Positions 60,857-64,000 of a stretch of DNA of 64,000 bases are shown in pieces; the first letter of the stretch is position 1, and each line of letters opens with the position of its first letter. The stretch is from Betaproteobacteria bacterium. Lineage in GTDB: Bacteria > Pseudomonadota > Gammaproteobacteria > Burkholderiales > SG8-41. Location of the stretch: NCBI GenBank assembly GCA_947474275.1, contig CANJHY010000003.1:705-64704 (forward strand), given 5' to 3'. The notes beneath the pieces are model-generated. The model was not told the origin of the DNA, ran no database searches, and worked only from the letters and a program-made list of their open reading frames with translations. The translations under genes and the position numbers were made by a program.

Positions 60857-61968
60857 GAGACTCAGGGATCCCCGGCGGCCTCCAGGCATACACCGATGGG
60901 CCTGACGATATCGAGGAGGCCTACGAGTTTTGCGCCGTGCGCGGTTGGTGCGATGGGTTGCCGATTATTCCGCCCACACCTGAGCGTGTCGAACGCATGC
61001 TCATGTTTTGTGACAGGGAGCGCGACAAACCGGTAATAGCGATACCCCCGCGTTACGGCGACGCAACCCCGATACTACTGGCCGCCAATGCGGTAATGGC
61101 GGGTTGCAAGCCAGAGTATTTTCCGCTGGTCATTCTGGCTCTGGAAGCGATGGCGGAGCAGACCTTCAACCTTTACGGTATCCAGACAACGACGCATCCG
61201 TGCGCGCCGCTCATAATTGTGAACGGGCCGATAGCGCGCGAGCTGAAAATTAATTCAGGCCATGGCGCTTTCGGACCAGGCAACAGAAGTAACGCGAGCA
61301 TAGGGCGCGCAATTCGCTTTGCCCTGGTCAACATCGGCGGCGCAAATCCGGGAGCCGGTGACATGGACACCTATGGTTCGCCGGCAAAATATACTTATTG
61401 CATAGCGGAAAACGAACAACAAAGCCCGTGGCAACCATTGAGCCTCGATGAAGGACATACTCTCGAAGTCACTACGGTGACCGTGGTTGCTGCAGAATGT
61501 CCCCATAATGTGAACGATCACGAAAGCACAACTGCGGAGGGAGTACTGAAGACCATGGCCGGGACCGTCGCCACTACTGGTTGTAATAATGCCCATCATG
61601 CATCGCGTCCGGTCGTCGCGTTTTGCCCGGAGCATGCGGCGACCATAGCCGGGGGCGGCTATACAAAGGACGACGTCAAGGCCTATTTATACGAACATGC
61701 ACAAATACCCTTGTCGAAATTTTCCACGGAAAATGTCGAACGCCGCCTGCGCTTGAAGTTTCCCCTTCGTTACGCGAATGCACCGCTGGACGCCCTCGTC
61801 CCGATGGTGCAACGTCCGGAGGACTATATCGTTATCGTTGTGGGCGGCGCCGGAAAGCATTCGGCATATATACCTACTTTCGGTTCCACCCGCCCGGTAA
61901 CGCGTGCGCTTCGTCACGCAGATGGGCATTTGGTGCGGTCGATACAAGAGCTGCGAAACGCCCGTTAG
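60853..61968 (+). CDS. Conserved uncharacterised partner of UGSC-family proteins
   Basis: ATGA overlap with the selenoprotein; GWCDGLPIIPPTPERV, NAVMAGC, TTHP, NASIGRA, HNVNDH, PEHA, GGAGKHS. Confidence 0.85.
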   Translation: MRDSGIPGGLQAYTDGPDDIEEAYEFCAVRGWCDGLPIIPPTPERVERMLMFCDRERDKPVIAIPPRYGDATPILLAANAVMAGCKPEYFPLVILALEAMAEQTFNLYGIQTTTHPCAPLIIVNGPIARELKINSGHGAFGPGNRSNASIGRAIRFALVNIGGANPGAGDMDTYGSPAKYTYCIAENEQQSPWQPLSLDEGHTLEVTTVTVVAAECPHNVNDHESTTAEGVLKTMAGTVATTGCNNAHHASRPVVAFCPEHAATIAGGGYTKDDVKAYLYEHAQIPLSKFSTENVERRLRLKFPLRYANAPLDALVPMVQRPEDYIVIVVGGAGKHSAYIPTFGSTRPVTRALRHADGHLVRSIQELRNAR

Positions 61969-62163
61969 TTGCCGGGAGTCAATCAAGTTTCACAATAGGT
62001 GTAAGCTAAAGTCCGGGAAGTCCAGTTGATCCAGGATGCAAAAGTCAGATCAACAATAAAGGTTGACGCTGATGGACTTGCAACTCGATATACACGCGGG
62101 CGGCACGCGCATCGCGGTATTTTTCCGCGCTACGCTCAAGGTTTAAACGCACACCCATCGCAT

Positions 62164-64000
62164 ATGGCCAAACTTATCCCCCAATCCGCGGCGCCTTCAG
62201 AGGTTGAATCTGATTTTGTCGTTGCGCGCGACGTCATGGTCGCCATGCGCGACGGCGTCAGGCTCGCCACCGACGTTTACCGCCCCGCGAGCAAAGGTAT
62301 GGCGGCCGCCGGCAAATTTCCGGTCATCCTCGAGCGCACGCCGTACGGCAAGGCGCAGGTCTCGCGCTCCGAGATCGACGTCGGTATGACGGTCTCGCGT
62401 CCGCGTCCGGAAGTCGCCGCATGGTTCGTGCGCCAGGGTTACGTCGTCGTCTACCAGGATTGCCGCGGCCGCTATGCGTCCGAAGGCGAGTTCGTCAAAT
62501 ATCTGAGCGATGGCGAGGACGGCTTCGACACCATGGCGTGGCTGATGGCGCAGCCATGGTGCAACGGTAAAGTCGCGACCATGGGGCTTTCATACGCGGC
62601 GCATACGCAAGGTTCGCTCGCCTGCCTGAACCCGCCGGGGTTGGCCGCGATGGTGATCGATTCGGGAGCGTTTTCCAACGCTTACCTGTCCGGCATACGC
62701 AGCGGCGGCGCGTTTGAAATGAAACAGGTGACGTGGGCATTCAACCAGGCGAAGGAAAGTCCCCTCGCCAAAGCCGACCCCGCGGTGCGCGCGGCCCTCG
62801 AAGCGGAAAATCTCATCGAGTGGTTCAAGGTCATGCCGTGGAAGCCCGGCCATTCGCCGGTGCGCTGGGTGCCGGAGTACGAGGATTACCTGTTCGAGCA
62901 GTGGACGCACGGCGCGTTCGACGGCTACTGGAAGCAGCTCGGCATTTATGCCGAAGGCTTTTACAAAAAATTCGCCGACGTGCCGCAGATTCACATGTCG
63001 AGCTGGTACGACGCCTATATACGCACCGCGACGGACAATTACGTTGCGCTCAAAAAACTTAAGCGCGGCCCCGTGCGCCTCATCATGGGGCCATGGACGC
63101 ACGGCGATCGCGCCAAGACTTTTTCGGGCGACGTCGATTTCGGCGCGGCGGCGACCATAGACAACAATCTCGCGCAGCACTGGCGCGAATTCCGCCTGCG
63201 CTGGTTCGATCACTGGGTCAGGGGTGTTGCCAACGGCGTGGACAAGGAACCCGCGGTGCGGCTGTTCCTGATGGGCGGCGGTTCCGGCCGCAGCAATGTC
63301 GACGGGCGGCTCGATCACGGCGGGCGCTGGATTGCCGGCGACGACTGGCCGCTGCCGCAGACGAAATACACCAATTACTATCTGCACGCGGACGGGCAAT
63401 TGACGCCGGCCAAGCCGGCAACGAACGCCGCGCCGCTGGCTTACGATTACGATCCCGCAAACCCGGTGCCGACGATGGGCGGACCGCTGACTTCGGGCGC
63501 GCCGGTGTTCGTCGGCGGGGCGTTCAACCAGCGCGAAGATGCGCGCTTTTTCGGCGTGCGCCATCCGGGTCTGCCGCTTGCCGCGCGCCATGACGTGCTG
63601 GTGTTCGAGACTGCGCCGCTCGCGGAAGACGTCGCAGTGATCGGCCCTATCGTCGTGCATCTGCACATCGCTTCGAATTGCATCGATACCGATTTCACCG
63701 CCAAATTGATCGACGTGCATCCACCGAACGTGGATTACCCGCGCGGCTTCGCGATGAACCTGTGCGACGGCATTCTGCGCTGCCGTTACCGGGCCTCATG
63801 GGAAAAGCCGACGTTGATGAAGCCGGGCAAGACGTACGAAATCACCATAGAGCCGTTTGCGACCTGCAACCTCTTCAAGGCCGGGCACCGCATCCGGCTC
63901 GATATTTCGTCCTCCAACTTTCCGCGCTACGACGTCAATTCGAACACCGGCGAACCCGAAGGCCGCGCGCAGACCAGGCGCGTTGCGACCAACACAGTGT
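62164..64000 (+). CDS. CocE/NonD family hydrolase (partial, runs off window end)
   Basis: ATG 62164; MRDGVRLATDVYRP, RTPYGK, QDCRGRYASEG, GLSY nucleophile, GPWTH, SSSNFPR; absent from the ORF track because no stop lies in the window. Confidence 0.92.
   Translation, partial: MAKLIPQSAAPSEVESDFVVARDVMVAMRDGVRLATDVYRPASKGMAAAGKFPVILERTPYGKAQVSRSEIDVGMTVSRPRPEVAAWFVRQGYVVVYQDCRGRYASEGEFVKYLSDGEDGFDTMAWLMAQPWCNGKVATMGLSYAAHTQGSLACLNPPGLAAMVIDSGAFSNAYLSGIRSGGAFEMKQVTWAFNQAKESPLAKADPAVRAALEAENLIEWFKVMPWKPGHSPVRWVPEYEDYLFEQWTHGAFDGYWKQLGIYAEGFYKKFADVPQIHMSSWYDAYIRTATDNYVALKKLKRGPVRLIMGPWTHGDRAKTFSGDVDFGAAATIDNNLAQHWREFRLRWFDHWVRGVANGVDKEPAVRLFLMGGGSGRSNVDGRLDHGGRWIAGDDWPLPQTKYTNYYLHADGQLTPAKPATNAAPLAYDYDPANPVPTMGGPLTSGAPVFVGGAFNQREDARFFGVRHPGLPLAARHDVLVFETAPLAEDVAVIGPIVVHLHIASNCIDTDFTAKLIDVHPPNVDYPRGFAMNLCDGILRCRYRASWEKPTLMKPGKTYEITIEPFATCNLFKAGHRIRLDISSSNFPRYDVNSNTGEPEGRAQTRRVATNTV

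Noticed and set aside
61970-62160. Possible IS end or sRNA at the right border of the island
   Set aside because: AT-rich, but no inverted repeat matching the IS5 end and no recognisable RNA structure
62204-63720. Several short and antisense ORFs in the track
   Set aside because: All overlap the uninterrupted CocE/NonD frame starting at 62164

Overview
A 64-kb chromosomal segment from a GC-rich Betaproteobacterium (Burkholderiales-like; three intact Bug/TctC genes, bktB, kdoO, phaM-like). Most of it is housekeeping or catabolic: maeB, fumC, rsgA, orn, pgi, bktB, hslO, rpmE, rho, trxA, fdxA, an AddAB-like pair, a sigma54/NtrC-type cyanate ABC transporter with cynS, and TauD, FAH, SDR and crotonase enzymes. 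The strongest hidden signal lies in a visibly lower-GC island (about 55.9-62.1 kb) next to an IS5 remnant. Two ORFs there that the track splits at a TGA (60605-60607) form one in-frame UGSC-family selenoprotein (AMAD-U-GAC-TSWSVHD). A SECIS-like hairpin follows the UGA. The gene overlaps (ATGA) a 371-aa His-rich partner and sits in an operon with an ADP-forming acyl-CoA synthetase, a Bug receptor and a crotonase, suggesting an uncharacterised selenium-dependent CoA catabolic module. Other structures not explained by the gene calls: (1) duplicated 3' ends of tauD (with an 11-7-11 att-like palindrome) and of rho; (2) six intergenic hairpin elements built from 7-9-bp periodic repeats, including a (TTCAGGA)n array and two copies of one MITE-like family; (3) a 12-aa mini-ORF linking an M48 peptidase to rsgA; (4) a frameshifted polysaccharide deacetylase; (5) a divergent ComA-like gene between Bug and TauD genes. 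No rRNA, tRNA or CRISPR array was seen. All family assignments come from motif recognition, not database searches.
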